Positions 27,531 to 38,287 of a stretch of DNA of 64,000 nt are shown here, in pieces. A program made the translations under genes and the position numbers. The notes beneath the pieces were generated by a model that was not told the DNA's origin, ran no database searches, and saw nothing but the letters and a program-made list of their open reading frames with translations. The number at the start of each line of letters is the position of its first letter. The stretch's first letter is position 1. Source of the stretch: Candidatus Hadarchaeota archaeon (lineage in GTDB: Archaea; Hadarchaeota; Hadarchaeia; Hadarchaeales; JAGGTB01). The stretch covers positions 128,001 to 192,000 of the forward strand of contig CAYLJV010000003.1 of assembly GCA_964384105.1 (NCBI GenBank), given 5' to 3'.

Positions 27531-28518
27531 CTTCCGAGCTCCGCGGTTCAAGCATTTTTTCTAACTCTTTCAGAGCCTTTTCTTTGACTTCTTCCAGCTC
27601 GGCTTTGACTTTCATTCCAGCCGCACCAGCGTGGCCACCACCTGTTCCCCCGAATTGATCCGCAATATTAGACATCAGTTCGCCTAGGTGAAGATGAGTT
27701 TCAGAAGCTACTCCACTCCGGGCCCTTGAGCTAATTCTAATACTTTCTCCGTTTTGACTTGCCACGATAGATACGTCGGCTCCTATTTTCAAGAACATCG
27801 TTGCGGCGTCTGATTCATATGCCCCGATCTCAGAAAAGACGACCCAATTTCCGTGATACTTATGCGGGTCCGATCTTTGAGCTGCCTTTAGCATTGCTAC
27901 TCTTTTTGAGGGTTCTTCAGGAGTTTGAAGTGCTTCCAAAGCCTTTCTATAATCCGCTCCGTTTTCTATTAGGTCTGCCACTGCTTTGAAAGTTTGCTCA
28001 TCGGCGAATTTGAAGTGGCCGGTATCGCTTATTATTCCGGTGAGCATGAGGGTAGATGTCTTTGGACCGAATTTGTGTTTCATAGCCTGACCTAGTTTTA
28101 ATACAAGTTCTACGGTCGAAGTGGCTTCTTCTTCGACGTAGTATACATCAACTCTTTCTTCCATCCTTCCATCTGGTCGGTGATGGTCGATAAAAATAAG
28201 CTTCAAATCTGCATTTTTAATTTTTTCATAATATTCTTCTAATTGTTCTAGAGTAGAGGTATCTAGGATGATTGCAACATCTGCATCAATGTCGGGATCT
28301 ATCTCTATGTCTATTTCCAAAGATTCTAGTACACTTTTGGCTACGTTGCTTAAAGTTTTGGGGACTCCTGTTTTTACAGTTCCTCCAAGAGACTTCAAAA
28401 GCTCGGCTATCCCTATTATCGAACCGACAGCATCAGGGTCAGCGTGAGGGTGCCCAAGTACGAGAAATTTTAGTTTATCTACTTGAAGCTCTTTGAAATG
28501 CTGAGCTAATTTCTTCAT
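27523..28518 (-). CDS. DHH/DHHA1 phosphoesterase (NrnA-like)
   Basis: H..ADPDA, IDHH, DTGHF, GGGHAGAAG. Confidence 0.92.
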   Translation of the reverse strand: MKKLAQHFKELQVDKLKFLVLGHPHADPDAVGSIIGIAELLKSLGGTVKTGVPKTLSNVAKSVLESLEIDIEIDPDIDADVAIILDTSTLEQLEEYYEKIKNADLKLIFIDHHRPDGRMEERVDVYYVEEEATSTVELVLKLGQAMKHKFGPKTSTLMLTGIISDTGHFKFADEQTFKAVADLIENGADYRKALEALQTPEEPSKRVAMLKAAQRSDPHKYHGNWVVFSEIGAYESDAATMFLKIGADVSIVASQNGESIRISSRARSGVASETHLHLGELMSNIADQFGGTGGGHAGAAGMKVKAELEEVKEKALKELEKMLEPRSSEDD

Positions 28519-28544
28519 ATGTCCGCCTTGCTTTTATTGTTGGG

Positions 28545-28907
28545 TTACCCTGCCTTTCCGGATGGTTGCTGTTGAATAGCGTCCTGGATTTTGGCTTGTA
28601 ATTCTTCGAGTTTCTTATTAATTCGTTCTTCTTGGCGCTCGATCTGTTTTATGCGCAAGTTAAGAGTTTCTCTTCTGTCTTCCTGCTCTTCTTTAGCGTC
28701 GGCTAAGTCAGTCTTTAACATGATTCCACCAACACTTTTGTAGAGCGTAGTTTCTTCGTTAATGTTTCCTAACTCCTCGAGAGCTCTTTCAACTTCTTTG
28801 AGGTTTATTTTCAATTGCTGCTTTTGCCTTGCTAGAGATTGTGCTTGCTGCTGGAATTGTTGCAGCTGTGCAACCTGTTGTTGGACTTGGGGTGGTAATT
28901 GTTCCAT
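28545..28907 (-). CDS. pfdB: Prefoldin beta subunit
   Basis: LPPQVQ, YKSVGGI, coiled coil; exosome operon context. Confidence 0.95.
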   Translation of the reverse strand: MEQLPPQVQQQVAQLQQFQQQAQSLARQKQQLKINLKEVERALEELGNINEETTLYKSVGGIMLKTDLADAKEEQEDRRETLNLRIKQIERQEERINKKLEELQAKIQDAIQQQPSGKAG

Positions 28908-29168
28908 TTAACTCCTCCTATATTTTGTCATATCACGTGCTATGGCTGCCCAGCGAAGGAACGAATTTATCGCCGCTCGGAGCGCAGCCGTATCTCTTGC
29001 ATTTATATCTAAACTTAAAATGTTTTTCCTGTGTGTTATATCTACTTCAGCCCTCGATGCTTTAGGGGGAAGTCCTTCAACCTTGAGTGCTTCCATAACG
29101 ACTTTCGCTGTTTTAGAATCTTTAAAAGCTATTTCAATGACTGAATTTGCTTCTAGAGCTTCAGCCAT
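28908..29168 (-). CDS. pcc1: KEOPS subunit Pcc1
   Basis: ARDTAALRAAINSFLRW; between rpoP and pfdB. Confidence 0.9.
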   Translation of the reverse strand: MAEALEANSVIEIAFKDSKTAKVVMEALKVEGLPPKASRAEVDITHRKNILSLDINARDTAALRAAINSFLRWAAIARDMTKYRRS

Positions 29169-29300
29169 CTACCTCGCCTTTACTTTTCTAACCACATCAG
29201 GTCTTATTTTAAAAAGAATTCTAGACCCGCAGTATGGACAGCGATTTGTTGTCGGATCCAATTCTTCAAGTTTTCTATGACATTTTCCACATTTGTACAT
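29169..29300 (-). CDS. rpoP: RNA polymerase subunit P (Rpo12), missed by ORF track
   Basis: MYKCGKC...RCPYCGSRILFKIRPDVVRKVKAR. Confidence 0.95.
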   Translation of the reverse strand: MYKCGKCHRKLEELDPTTNRCPYCGSRILFKIRPDVVRKVKAR

Positions 29301-29591
29301 CTATTTTTCCTCCGATGGTATACTACCGGACTCGGCCTTGATTTGTTTTTGTACTGAAGTAATTTTTGGGCTATAAGCTTTGGCAGCGAATTTTGTTCCA
29401 CAGCGATTGCACTGCCAAATCCCAGAGCCTACTCTTTTGACTTTCTTTGATTCGCATTCCGGACAGGTATGATAGCCCTTTTCTTTTTTTTCTACCGAAA
29501 GGACTCTTTGTCTTATCTTAGTCCCATATCTAGGGCCGAATCTGCCAGTAGATCCAACTTTGTGTTTTTGTTTTTTCTTTTTCTTTGGCAT
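29301..29591 (-). CDS. rpl37ae: 50S ribosomal protein L37Ae
   Basis: [12 protein letters not shown]...GIWQCNRCG. Confidence 0.97.
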   Translation of the reverse strand: MPKKKKKQKHKVGSTGRFGPRYGTKIRQRVLSVEKKEKGYHTCPECESKKVKRVGSGIWQCNRCGTKFAAKAYSPKITSVQKQIKAESGSIPSEEK

Positions 29592-29595
29592 AGTT

Positions 29596-30366
29596 TTACT
29601 CTAATTTCTTACGAAGCTCTTTAGACTTAACTTTTGCCCATTCCTCTGCTTTAAGGAAATCTTCCTTTTTGAGAGGTGCTGAACCACCCTTTTGCATGGC
29701 ACATATGCTCCCGTCTTCGAGAGTCGCAAGAGTGAATCTTGCATCCATTACGTTTTCTTCTTCTAGACAGGGGTCTACCATTAGGGCGTTACCGATTTTG
29801 GCAAAAGTTGTAGTGATTGGTTTCTGTGTAACTGGGAATTCAGATAGCTCCCAATTCTCATCATCTGGAGCTTCTGCAGTTAGCAGTGCGGCAACTGATG
29901 CCAAAGCGCTGGCATCAATTAGATTACCGTCATGATCCAGTACATGGATATCTACAAAGACCATCCATATTTCTTCCTCAGGTACTATACAAAGCTTATC
30001 GAGTTCGATCATTTTTGATTCTCGTATTCCTCTATCCACTACTCGAGCTAGTTCTGTAGCTTCTTCTCCAGGTGGCCCTGCTTCAAAAGATGCATGAGCC
30101 ATTGGCGCTAGTTCAGCGTTGGTCATTAGTACTCCTTCGTCGGGTTTGTCGGGATAGGGCGTTCCTATACCAACTTTTACTCCAGCGAGTACTTGTGTAC
30201 TACCCATTTTAACAAGGGCTGATCCTTCAGCGTTTCCTGCCCATCCAGTCTCTACAGTGATATTCCTGTATTGGTCCATAGCTCTGGCGTCTACTCTCTT
30301 ACCTTCTTCCGCTAAGTCGGTTATGTAATCCTTTTTAACCGTAGAAATTATATCTTCGTGACTCAT
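29596..30366 (-). CDS. rrp42: Exosome subunit Rrp42
   Basis: [28 protein letters not shown]. Confidence 0.96.
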   Translation of the reverse strand: MSHEDIISTVKKDYITDLAEEGKRVDARAMDQYRNITVETGWAGNAEGSALVKMGSTQVLAGVKVGIGTPYPDKPDEGVLMTNAELAPMAHASFEAGPPGEEATELARVVDRGIRESKMIELDKLCIVPEEEIWMVFVDIHVLDHDGNLIDASALASVAALLTAEAPDDENWELSEFPVTQKPITTTFAKIGNALMVDPCLEEENVMDARFTLATLEDGSICAMQKGGSAPLKKEDFLKAEEWAKVKSKELRKKLE

Positions 30367-31088
30367 TCTTTATCCTCCATTGCATATTTTTTCTTCAAGG
30401 CTTCTCTCTGTTTCTCGTATACTTTCTTGCAACCTTTGATAGCAAGTTCCAGTGCTTCTTCAAATTCTCCTTCTTCAAAATGTCCGTCCATCTGCAAAAG
30501 TGTTATGCTGTCTTTTTGTGGCATGTAAGCTATTGGCATGTCTCCTTCACCGAATTGATCCTCTTCTTTTTGAAGATCTAGGAGGATCTTACCGTCAGCT
30601 TTACCTGCGGCTATGGATGCTACTAAATCTCTCATGGGAATTCCAGCGTCTGCTAGAGCTACTGAAGCTGCGGTGATTGCAGCTGTCCTAGTTCCTGCAC
30701 TTGATTGGAGCAGTTCCATTGAGACATCTATTACAGCTCTTGGATACTGCTCTAGAAAAACTGCAGGTTCTAAGGCTTCTCTAGCAACTTTTGAAATTTC
30801 CGTTGATCTTCTGCTTGGCCCGGGTCTCTTTCGATCCTCTACGGAGAATGGGGCCATATTATATCTTACTCTGAGTACTGCTCTATCCATTCTTTGCAAA
30901 TGTCTTGGATGCATTTCTCTTGGGCCGTAAACGGCCGCAATAGCTTTGTTTTTACCTAGTTCCAAATAAGCAGATCCATCGGCTTTTTCCAGTATTCCTG
31001 CTTCGATACTTAACGGTCTCATTTCATCAGGATCTCTTCCGTCCAATCTCTTGCCGTCTATTATTAGCTTCTCGGGTTTATTTACCAT
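30363..31088 (-). CDS. rrp41: Exosome subunit Rrp41
   Basis: [36 protein letters not shown]. Confidence 0.96.
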   Translation of the reverse strand: MVNKPEKLIIDGKRLDGRDPDEMRPLSIEAGILEKADGSAYLELGKNKAIAAVYGPREMHPRHLQRMDRAVLRVRYNMAPFSVEDRKRPGPSRRSTEISKVAREALEPAVFLEQYPRAVIDVSMELLQSSAGTRTAAITAASVALADAGIPMRDLVASIAAGKADGKILLDLQKEEDQFGEGDMPIAYMPQKDSITLLQMDGHFEEGEFEEALELAIKGCKKVYEKQREALKKKYAMEDKE

Positions 31089-31092
31089 TTTT

Positions 31093-31779
31093 TTAGCCTC
31101 CTTCATTCTTTTGTAAGAATTTACGAATACGATCAGTTAATCCGCTAGTATGAGCTTCTCTTTCTATCATGAATATTGCCTTAACTACTCTGTTTATTTG
31201 ACTTTTATTATCTCCCCATATCATTATCCTTCCGTTTTGCCCAATTGATAGAGTACATTTACCTATCTTTTGTAATATGGAAATCATGGAACCCTTACGT
31301 CCAATAACTCGGGGTATTTTTGAAGGTGAAATTTCGATAAGTTTTCCGCCCCCTATTTTTCCTCTTTCGCCTTCCGTGACTTCTAATCTTACGTTCATTA
31401 ATTCGTCTACATCTTGAACTTTGGCTTCAACGATGTCCCCAGCTTCTAAGAATTCGCTGATATCCTCCTCATCAAGGTCAACTCGTCTTTGTAGAAGAGA
31501 CGAAACGGATAGATTTCCTTCGTAAGGTGATTTGATATCGAGTAACCACCCTGCATAATAATCATCTATAACTACACCAAGAACCTTGTCTCCCACCTGA
31601 GGAATATATCGACCTTCGAGAGGAATTGTTCTTATTCTGTTGCCTCGCTTATCTACTAGGCCTACTTGCGAAGCTCTTATGTTGTCGCCGTCCTTGAAAA
31701 CCCCTTCCCCAATTTTGTAGTCTCCTTCTGCAAGGATTTGGCCAGGGATTACAAGCTCTCTTTTTTCGACATGCATCAT
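31093..31779 (-). CDS. rrp4: Exosome cap subunit Rrp4
   Basis: S1+KH; [27 protein letters not shown]. Confidence 0.96.
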   Translation of the reverse strand: MMHVEKRELVIPGQILAEGDYKIGEGVFKDGDNIRASQVGLVDKRGNRIRTIPLEGRYIPQVGDKVLGVVIDDYYAGWLLDIKSPYEGNLSVSSLLQRRVDLDEEDISEFLEAGDIVEAKVQDVDELMNVRLEVTEGERGKIGGGKLIEISPSKIPRVIGRKGSMISILQKIGKCTLSIGQNGRIMIWGDNKSQINRVVKAIFMIEREAHTSGLTDRIRKFLQKNEGG

Positions 31780-32474
31780 TCATTAATCACCTCTGTTTCT
31801 ATTTCACCATGAGTTAAATTGTTAATCTTTTCAAAAAACTCTTCCTGTAGTCCAGCGGGAATCTCTACTTTCGCTGCCCAAGAACCATCATCCAGCCATC
31901 GGTCTTCCTTAAGATCAGCAAAATCAGATACGAGCTGATACGCTTTTGCCCCATATTCAGGGGGGACCTTTACCACGATGACTCTGGTTTCGAAACTCAG
32001 CGGTAGGATTGGTCTTAGTGCTTTTACTATTTCAGGTAGTTGCTCTTCTGCACTTTTGAAAGCATCTACATTTATCTTCGCTTGGTCCAACGCATTTTCT
32101 ATTCTTCTGGGAGGGTGAGGTGTTCCACTTTGGGGGTCCACTGCTCTTCTTGTTATGAGGGAAATAATCTGTTTTCTTCGTTTTTTTCTCATCTCTTGTC
32201 TCTGTCGAGTTGTAACTTGTATTTCTCCTTCTTTGATTACTTTCTTTGCTACTTCTATGGGGTCGGAAGTGCCGAATATTTCTTCCATCATCTCTTCTGA
32301 AGCTTTTTCGCCTTTACTAGAATCTTTAAAGATTTTTTCGGCGGCTAATATTTCCCTTATATCTATTTCTTCGCCAGCTCTATAATCTAAAGTCAAGTCC
32401 GGATCAACTAGAACTTCAAACTCCGTTCCATGCGTAGATAATCTAGCTATTACGGCGTCTTCTACTTTAACCAT
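31776..32474 (-). CDS. sbds: Ribosome maturation factor SBDS/Sdo1
   Basis: FEVLVDP, KG.KAS, PHPPRRIENA. Confidence 0.96.
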   Translation of the reverse strand: MVKVEDAVIARLSTHGTEFEVLVDPDLTLDYRAGEEIDIREILAAEKIFKDSSKGEKASEEMMEEIFGTSDPIEVAKKVIKEGEIQVTTRQRQEMRKKRRKQIISLITRRAVDPQSGTPHPPRRIENALDQAKINVDAFKSAEEQLPEIVKALRPILPLSFETRVIVVKVPPEYGAKAYQLVSDFADLKEDRWLDDGSWAAKVEIPAGLQEEFFEKINNLTHGEIETEVINE

Positions 32475-32502
32475 TTAAACCTTACAACCTATGAAATTGA
32501 AA

Positions 32503-33234
32503 TTAACTCTCAGATTCGTATTTTTTAATATACTCAGATATTTCTTCAGGGGATAATTTATTGAATTCTTTATCTTCCACTATTGCTTCTGCCATCTCCA
32601 CTTTTTCTATTCTTATTTTTCCTTCTATGATCTTGTCCAAAGCTTTTAGTGCTAATAAAACCGAGTCCTCTAGACTCATTTTTTCTTTGTAATTTTTCTC
32701 TAGTACCTCTATTGTTTCTTCAGCTCCTCCACCTATGGCATGAGCTTTATAAGATGCTACTACTCCACTGGGATCTGTTTCGAAGAGGTGAGGTCCTCTC
32801 TCTCCGACACCACCAATTAGGAATCTGGTTCCGAATGGTCTGACTCCCCCGTGTTGAGTGTACATCTGTTTTGTATCGCCAATGGTTTTAGCGAGGCTTT
32901 CTACGGAGATAGGCTCGTCGTATCTCATTCTGTTTACTTGAGCTTCAACCCTTGCTCTATCAATTAAAACCCTTGCATCGGCTATCAATCCAGATGCGGC
33001 AGCTCCAATGTGTTTGTCAATCTTGAAGATTTTTTCTACTGCTCCGTCTTCTACTAACTTGCTTGTTGATTTTCTTTCAGCAGCGAGGACTACTCCGTCT
33101 TTCGTTTTTATCCCCAGTGCAGTGTATCCCCTTTTGACTGCTTCTTGAGCATATTGAACCTGGAATAGTTTACCGTCTGGGCTAAATACAGTGATCGCCC
33201 GGTCATATCCGCCACCTTGTTGTGCAAAAGCCAA
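32503..33234 (-). CDS. psmA: Proteasome alpha subunit
   Basis: YDRAITVFSPDGKLFQVQYA. Confidence 0.97.
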   Translation of the reverse strand: MAFAQQGGGYDRAITVFSPDGKLFQVQYAQEAVKRGYTALGIKTKDGVVLAAERKSTSKLVEDGAVEKIFKIDKHIGAAASGLIADARVLIDRARVEAQVNRMRYDEPISVESLAKTIGDTKQMYTQHGGVRPFGTRFLIGGVGERGPHLFETDPSGVVASYKAHAIGGGAEETIEVLEKNYKEKMSLEDSVLLALKALDKIIEGKIRIEKVEMAEAIVEDKEFNKLSPEEISEYIKKYESES

Positions 33235-33373
33235 TTTTTTCTCCTCAAAATTATTTGTTTTTAAATTTATTTGTTAATTACGGTATTTGAGTTTTCGAAG
33301 TATCTATTTAACTTTTTTGTGATTTAGTACTCATTCATTTATCGAGTCTTAGACTAAATAGTCTTTCCCATCT

Positions 33374-33670
33374 TTATGGGCCAGATAAAAATTTTTTTCT
33401 GGCATTCCGTATGGTTCCTGAAACCCCAAGTATCTTGACGTCCTCGTTTTCTCCAACCTTTTGTAATAGTTTTTCTACTTTGCGATGATCACATTTTATT
33501 AATCCTTGCTCTTTTCCTCTATCGTACATTATCACCCACGAGTAGGGAAACGATTCGAGTTCTCGTTTTAATTCAGAGAGTGGGTCTTCTTTTTTTCTCA
33601 TCTGACTCGATTTCTTTATCCTGAAAGCTATATACCGCCTTCTGTATTTTCTGGGAGCTGTCATAATCAC
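33374..33670 (-). CDS. rnp2: RNase P protein Pop5/Rpp14
   Basis: RRRYIAF...GLIKC.H...ILGVSGTIR. Confidence 0.85.
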   Translation of the reverse strand: MIMTAPRKYRRRYIAFRIKKSSQMRKKEDPLSELKRELESFPYSWVIMYDRGKEQGLIKCDHRKVEKLLQKVGENEDVKILGVSGTIRNARKKFLSGP

Positions 33671-33673
33671 ACT

Positions 33674-34129
33674 TTAGTCGTATTTTAAGCCGAACTTAAT
33701 GAATTCTTTCATTTTTTTTACTGCTATTTCTCTCTTTGCAGGATACGCAGAAAGATTAATTCGTAAATGAATCACATTCCCGGACTTTGTTAGTTTTATT
33801 TTATCTTCAGAAATAAGGCTCTGTTTGTCTACTCTCAGATATAGACGACAATCGTCTCCTATTCGATCTATTGCTTCTTGGGATAATTTCTCTTTTTCTT
33901 TTTCATCGAGCCTATCGAGAAATTTATCCCAAAATTCTCTTAAAAACGGCCTTCGTTCGAAATTCGTGGATAAGATAGTTTTTTTATCTCCATAGTGCCC
34001 TTCAGCTTCTGCACGTTCTATCTCGGTTTCTTCTGGTAAGATTTTTAATAGAGCAGTTAGAATCTTCTCTTCACTTTCTGTTGCATGAACGATGACGCTA
34101 ACCCCAACTGATTTGAAAGGGAGATCCAT
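33674..34129 (-). CDS. Predicted RNA-binding protein of exosome operon (DUF54-like)
   Basis: VHATES..KI, GHYG, YLR.DKQ, AYPAK. Confidence 0.88.
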   Translation of the reverse strand: MDLPFKSVGVSVIVHATESEEKILTALLKILPEETEIERAEAEGHYGDKKTILSTNFERRPFLREFWDKFLDRLDEKEKEKLSQEAIDRIGDDCRLYLRVDKQSLISEDKIKLTKSGNVIHLRINLSAYPAKREIAVKKMKEFIKFGLKYD

Positions 34130-34139
34130 CCGCGATTCC

Positions 34140-34697
34140 TCAGCGAGAATTACTTCTTATACTAGGTCTATTTTTTTCGGACCCTTTACCTTTATTTTTT
34201 AAGCCTCTAGATGACTTACCAGCGCTGGTTATGCCTCGTTGAGCTCTGTTTTTCTGCGAGGAATTTGTTATCCATTCTAGATCGGGATCTTTTTGGATTG
34301 AGGAGTGATTAGGATCTATGAGTATTACCTCAAAATAATGATATTCACCATCTTCGCCGACCTTGTATGAGTTTAAGACCTCTAAATTTGGGAATTTCTT
34401 TGCGGTTCTCTCTTCGGCTATTAATTTTTTGTTTTTGCTAGCAGTAATTTTTGATACTCCCATCCGCTTTGGTCTTCGACCTTTTTTGGGTCTCTTTTTT
34501 CTTCTGCCGCCCCGTCTAACTCTAGCTCTGGCTACAACTACACCCTGTTTTGCTTTGTATCCTAGTTCTCGAGCTCTTTCGGGTTTACTTGGGTTTTCTA
34601 GTCTTTCAATTGTGGGTCCCTTTCTCCATTCACTACGTCTTTTCTGCAGGATTTTATCCCGTTGTTCTCTTTTCATTTTTTTAATTTCTTTTTTCAT
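34140..34697 (-). CDS. rpl15e: 50S ribosomal protein L15e
   Basis: AR.LGYKAKQG, IAEER, NLEVLNSY.VGEDG; start placed at ATG 34697 after GGTG SD. Confidence 0.95.
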   Translation of the reverse strand: MKKEIKKMKREQRDKILQKRRSEWRKGPTIERLENPSKPERARELGYKAKQGVVVARARVRRGGRRKKRPKKGRRPKRMGVSKITASKNKKLIAEERTAKKFPNLEVLNSYKVGEDGEYHYFEVILIDPNHSSIQKDPDLEWITNSSQKNRAQRGITSAGKSSRGLKNKGKGSEKNRPSIRSNSR

Positions 34698-34902
34698 GAT
34701 TACACCGATTCTTATCAACAATTTCATACATTTAATATAAAGTTCTTGGCTTCGAAGAGGTAGTTTTTTGAATGTGGTTTCCTTCTCTCATTAATATTGT
34801 ATCGCTTTTTAAAATTGTAGGTTTGTTCAACGTCGGTAAATTTCATTAGACATTGAGGATTTATTTCGTGACCTGTCCTGTAATCAACGCTGTCATTTAA
34901 AC

Positions 34903-36105
34903 CTATCTCCCTTTTGTTGCTACTATCCGTATTATGTCTCCGTCTTCTAACTCGTGATGTTCACCAACACGTCTGTTTGTTCGGGCATCCACTGCATGTA
35001 TGAACGTCTCTCCTAGGTCGGAATGAATCTCATAAGCGAATTCACGAGCGGTTGTACCCTTTGGAACCAAAAAGGCATCAGGAAGTACGTGCCCCTTGGC
35101 GTCTGTTAGTTTATGCTCATCATCTACGGGGTATACAACGATCATCCCGAGCAGGTCATAAATTGCTTTGTCAATAGCATTCTGAACACCAGTTGATCCC
35201 CATTCTTCGAGTAAATGCTCTATCGATTTCAACGCTCTTTTCTGTTTTTTGTCTAGTTTATTTTTATCTAATACGCTGAATTCGCTGTTTCCCGGAGCGT
35301 AATCTATCAATCTTTTTTCAGCGGCCCTTCTCAGAGCTAATTCAGCTTCACAACTCATCGGTATTACAGAATAATCTAGTCGGGATAATCGCTCTAAATT
35401 CTCTTTGGCTTTTGGAACGTCTATTTTGTTAGCTCCTAGAAGCATAGGTTTGCTAGTTTTCCGAAGATTTTGTGCAAGCTCAAATATATCCTCCTTGGAC
35501 CATTTTTCTACTAAATCAGCTTTCAGATCAGATTTTCTTAAAGCGGAGGAGACTTTTTCTCTGTTAATACCTAGGCCACTTAGTCTTTCTGCAATAGCTT
35601 TGGTGACATCCACTTCTTCTAATTGAGTTTTTCTTGCAAATCTTGCCCATCCATCGGACAAAATTCCAGTTAACCATTGATCTAACTCGTTCTCCAAAAA
35701 CTCTACGTCATCTATTGGATCATGGTTTCCGGGTTCAACAGGTTCTCCATTGGCATTTGTAGCTCCTGCTGCGTCTATCATGTGTATTAATACGGAAGCC
35801 ATTCTTAGATTGTCGAGAAATTTGTTTCCTAATCCCTTACCCTTGTAGGCTCCTTTTACTAACCCTGCAACGTCAATTGTTCTTACCGGAACATACCTAA
35901 CCCCATCGACACATCTGGAATTTTGCGGGTCGCATTTTACGTCCATGTCTCGGCAAGGACATTGACTCCTCACATATGTTACACCAATATTCGCATCGAT
36001 GGTGGTAAACGGGTAGCCGGCCATTGGAGCTTCCGCTAATGTCGCAGCGTTAAAAAAAGTGGTTTTTCCTGTGTTTGGTTTTCCTACAATTCCGAGTTCT
36101 AGCAT
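34903..36105 (-). CDS. ychF: Redox-regulated ATPase YchF / OBG family with TGS
   Basis: GKPNTGKTT, YPFTTI, DVAGLV.GA..G.GLGN.FL, TGS domain. Confidence 0.93.
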   Translation of the reverse strand: MLELGIVGKPNTGKTTFFNAATLAEAPMAGYPFTTIDANIGVTYVRSQCPCRDMDVKCDPQNSRCVDGVRYVPVRTIDVAGLVKGAYKGKGLGNKFLDNLRMASVLIHMIDAAGATNANGEPVEPGNHDPIDDVEFLENELDQWLTGILSDGWARFARKTQLEEVDVTKAIAERLSGLGINREKVSSALRKSDLKADLVEKWSKEDIFELAQNLRKTSKPMLLGANKIDVPKAKENLERLSRLDYSVIPMSCEAELALRRAAEKRLIDYAPGNSEFSVLDKNKLDKKQKRALKSIEHLLEEWGSTGVQNAIDKAIYDLLGMIVVYPVDDEHKLTDAKGHVLPDAFLVPKGTTAREFAYEIHSDLGETFIHAVDARTNRRVGEHHELEDGDIIRIVATKGR

Positions 36106-36111
36106 TATAAT

Positions 36112-36462
36112 CTACTCTGGATTTTCTTCTGTAAATGGGTATTCTCCAGGGTCTCTTTTTGTGCCGAAGCTTCTAAGTCCTTCCTCTGAGAGTTGCTCTC
36201 TTAGTTTTTTACTGTATTTTTCTTCTATTTTTCCTTCCTTTTCCATGTAATCGATTATTTTAAAGGCTTCCTTTTCCTCGTCACAAAGCCGAATATAATC
36301 TATTACACTAGATCTCGAAGGTTTTTTAGGCTCAGAGGCTTCTTTTGCTTTTTTTGGGTCGGTTCGGACTCCATCCATCTCTATTACGGTCTTTTTGTTT
36401 TCTATGGATTTGAAAAGGTTTGGAAATTTTTCTTTGAAATATTCCTTGTCATATTTAATCAT
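36112..36462 (-). CDS. DUF2095-family protein
   Basis: FK.KFPNL, VIDYIR.C, GLRSFG.K...G.Y. Confidence 0.8.
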   Translation of the reverse strand: MIKYDKEYFKEKFPNLFKSIENKKTVIEMDGVRTDPKKAKEASEPKKPSRSSVIDYIRLCDEEKEAFKIIDYMEKEGKIEEKYSKKLREQLSEEGLRSFGTKRDPGEYPFTEENPE

Positions 36463-37717
36463 CTTTCCAACTCTTCCTTTTCTCTTTTCGTTCTACAAAT
36501 ATACAGGTGTTCTGAGGTAAATCTTCGTATAGGATGGTGCCGGGTCCAATTGCTGAAGTGGGGCCAGCTTTGACACCTGGATTTATCATGCTATTTATTC
36601 CTGTTTGAACGTTGTCCCCTAATATGGCACCAAGTTTGCGTCTTCCTGTATCGGTAAGTTTTTGTCTCAGAGTCATGTTCACGTTAGCTGCGTCCAGTCT
36701 TAGGTTCCCAATTTTTGTACCTGAACCAAAATTACAGTTTCGACCTATTACGCTGTCTCCTATGTAGGTATGATGTGCGGCGTGAGTTCCATCCATTATA
36801 ATGCTATTTTTTACCTCAACTGCGTTTCCGATTCTCGTATTTTTGCCGATACTGGTAAATTGGCGAATATAGCAATTTGGCCCAATGTCACTGTTCTGTC
36901 CGATATAAACTGGGCCTTCTATATAAGCTCCGGATCGGATTAGAGCACCCTCTTCGACAGTTACATCTCCTCTTAAATGGGCACCCTCTTCGATCTCTCC
37001 CTTTATCTCAGCTTTTTGATTTTTTAATAATTGTTCATTTGCGGTCAATAAGTCCCAGGGTCTTCCGATATGAACCCAGGAGTTTAATTCATTTGCTGAG
37101 ACCGTCTCTCCCTTATCTATAAGCATTCCTATAGAAGAGGTGATTTCTTTTTCCCCTCTTTTTGATAGTGAAGTTTTTTGGATTATTTCATATATTTCAG
37201 GTTCGAATACGTAAATTCCAGCATTAATGAGTTGATTGTAAGTTTTTTTGGGTTTCTCAACTATTTCTTTAATTTGATCTCCTTCAGTTTCGATAACTCC
37301 GTAGGAATCCGCATTTTCTACCCTATAGGCCCCCAGAGTTGCTATTGAGTTATTTTTTTTATGGTGTTGTATGGTATCGATGAGAGATTCAGGATCACAG
37401 TATACATCCCCATTGACTACTACAAAGGTGTCCTCGCTTTCTGTGAAAGAGACTGCATGTGCTGTGCCTTTCTGGTCTTTTTGCTCAACATAATTAATTT
37501 CCACTTCAAAGCTCTTCCCGTCGTCATAACGATCGATTATATCCTCTTTTTTGTATCCTACTACCATAGTTATATTTTCAATCCCTGATTTTTTTAGAGA
37601 TTCTAAAATGTAGTCTAGAATCGGTTTCCCCGCTATGGGTAATAGCCCTTTTGGACAAGTGTTGGTGAGAGGTTGCATTCGCTCTCCTATTCCTGCTGTT
37701 AGTATAACCGCTTCCAT
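36455..37717 (-). CDS. glmU: Bifunctional sugar-1-phosphate nucleotidylyltransferase/acetyltransferase (GlmU-like)
   Basis: AVILTAG.G.RM.PLT...PK; hexapeptide LbH repeats. Confidence 0.9.
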   Translation of the reverse strand: MEAVILTAGIGERMQPLTNTCPKGLLPIAGKPILDYILESLKKSGIENITMVVGYKKEDIIDRYDDGKSFEVEINYVEQKDQKGTAHAVSFTESEDTFVVVNGDVYCDPESLIDTIQHHKKNNSIATLGAYRVENADSYGVIETEGDQIKEIVEKPKKTYNQLINAGIYVFEPEIYEIIQKTSLSKRGEKEITSSIGMLIDKGETVSANELNSWVHIGRPWDLLTANEQLLKNQKAEIKGEIEEGAHLRGDVTVEEGALIRSGAYIEGPVYIGQNSDIGPNCYIRQFTSIGKNTRIGNAVEVKNSIIMDGTHAAHHTYIGDSVIGRNCNFGSGTKIGNLRLDAANVNMTLRQKLTDTGRRKLGAILGDNVQTGINSMINPGVKAGPTSAIGPGTILYEDLPQNTCIFVERKEKRKSWKDD

Positions 37718-37846
37718 TTTCTTTACCTAGTAGTTTGCCTCTTTCAGTTAAGATTATCTAATACGTCTAATAGAATTTTTCACGTTATTTCGGATAACTG
37801 CGATTATTTAAAAGAATGTGTCCGAAAATAAAGAAATAGAATATAT

Positions 37847-38287
37847 ATGACATTGAACCTTCTTGTGATCATATTTTTGTTTGGGCTAATAGTAGGGATT
37901 CTTTTGGCTTACTATATAATGAAAGCGAGAGCGAAAAGTTGGTTGAAGCAGTGGAAAGTTGAGGAAGAAAAGAAAATAAGAAAAGATGTTATCGAAAGGA
38001 GTAGAGCCTCTCTTAAAGGAAGAATAGGGGAACAGTTGGCTCCTCTTTTACCCGCATTTTCTCATGAGCCCTCGGACGCTCGTTTTATTGGCTCACCTGT
38101 GGATTATATTATATTTGAGGGTTTATCAAGTGAAAACCCAGAGGAGATCATTTTTGCCGATGTAAAGGTGGGAGAGAGTGCGAGATTAACTCCTATTCAG
38201 AAAATTTTCAAGAAAATCGTAGAAGATGGGAAAATAAGGTGGGAAACTATTCATATGGATGATTCTGGGGAAGAATGGACCTATTAG
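37847..38287 (+). CDS. Membrane-anchored Holliday-junction-resolvase-like endonuclease
   Basis: N-terminal TM; SRA.LKG.I.EQLAP, DARFIGSPVDYIIF.G, DVK.G. Confidence 0.85.
   Translation: MTLNLLVIIFLFGLIVGILLAYYIMKARAKSWLKQWKVEEEKKIRKDVIERSRASLKGRIGEQLAPLLPAFSHEPSDARFIGSPVDYIIFEGLSSENPEEIIFADVKVGESARLTPIQKIFKKIVEDGKIRWETIHMDDSGEEWTY

Noticed and set aside
29204-29401. 65-aa minus-strand ORF
   Set aside because: Out-of-frame overlap of rpl37ae and the real rpoP gene.
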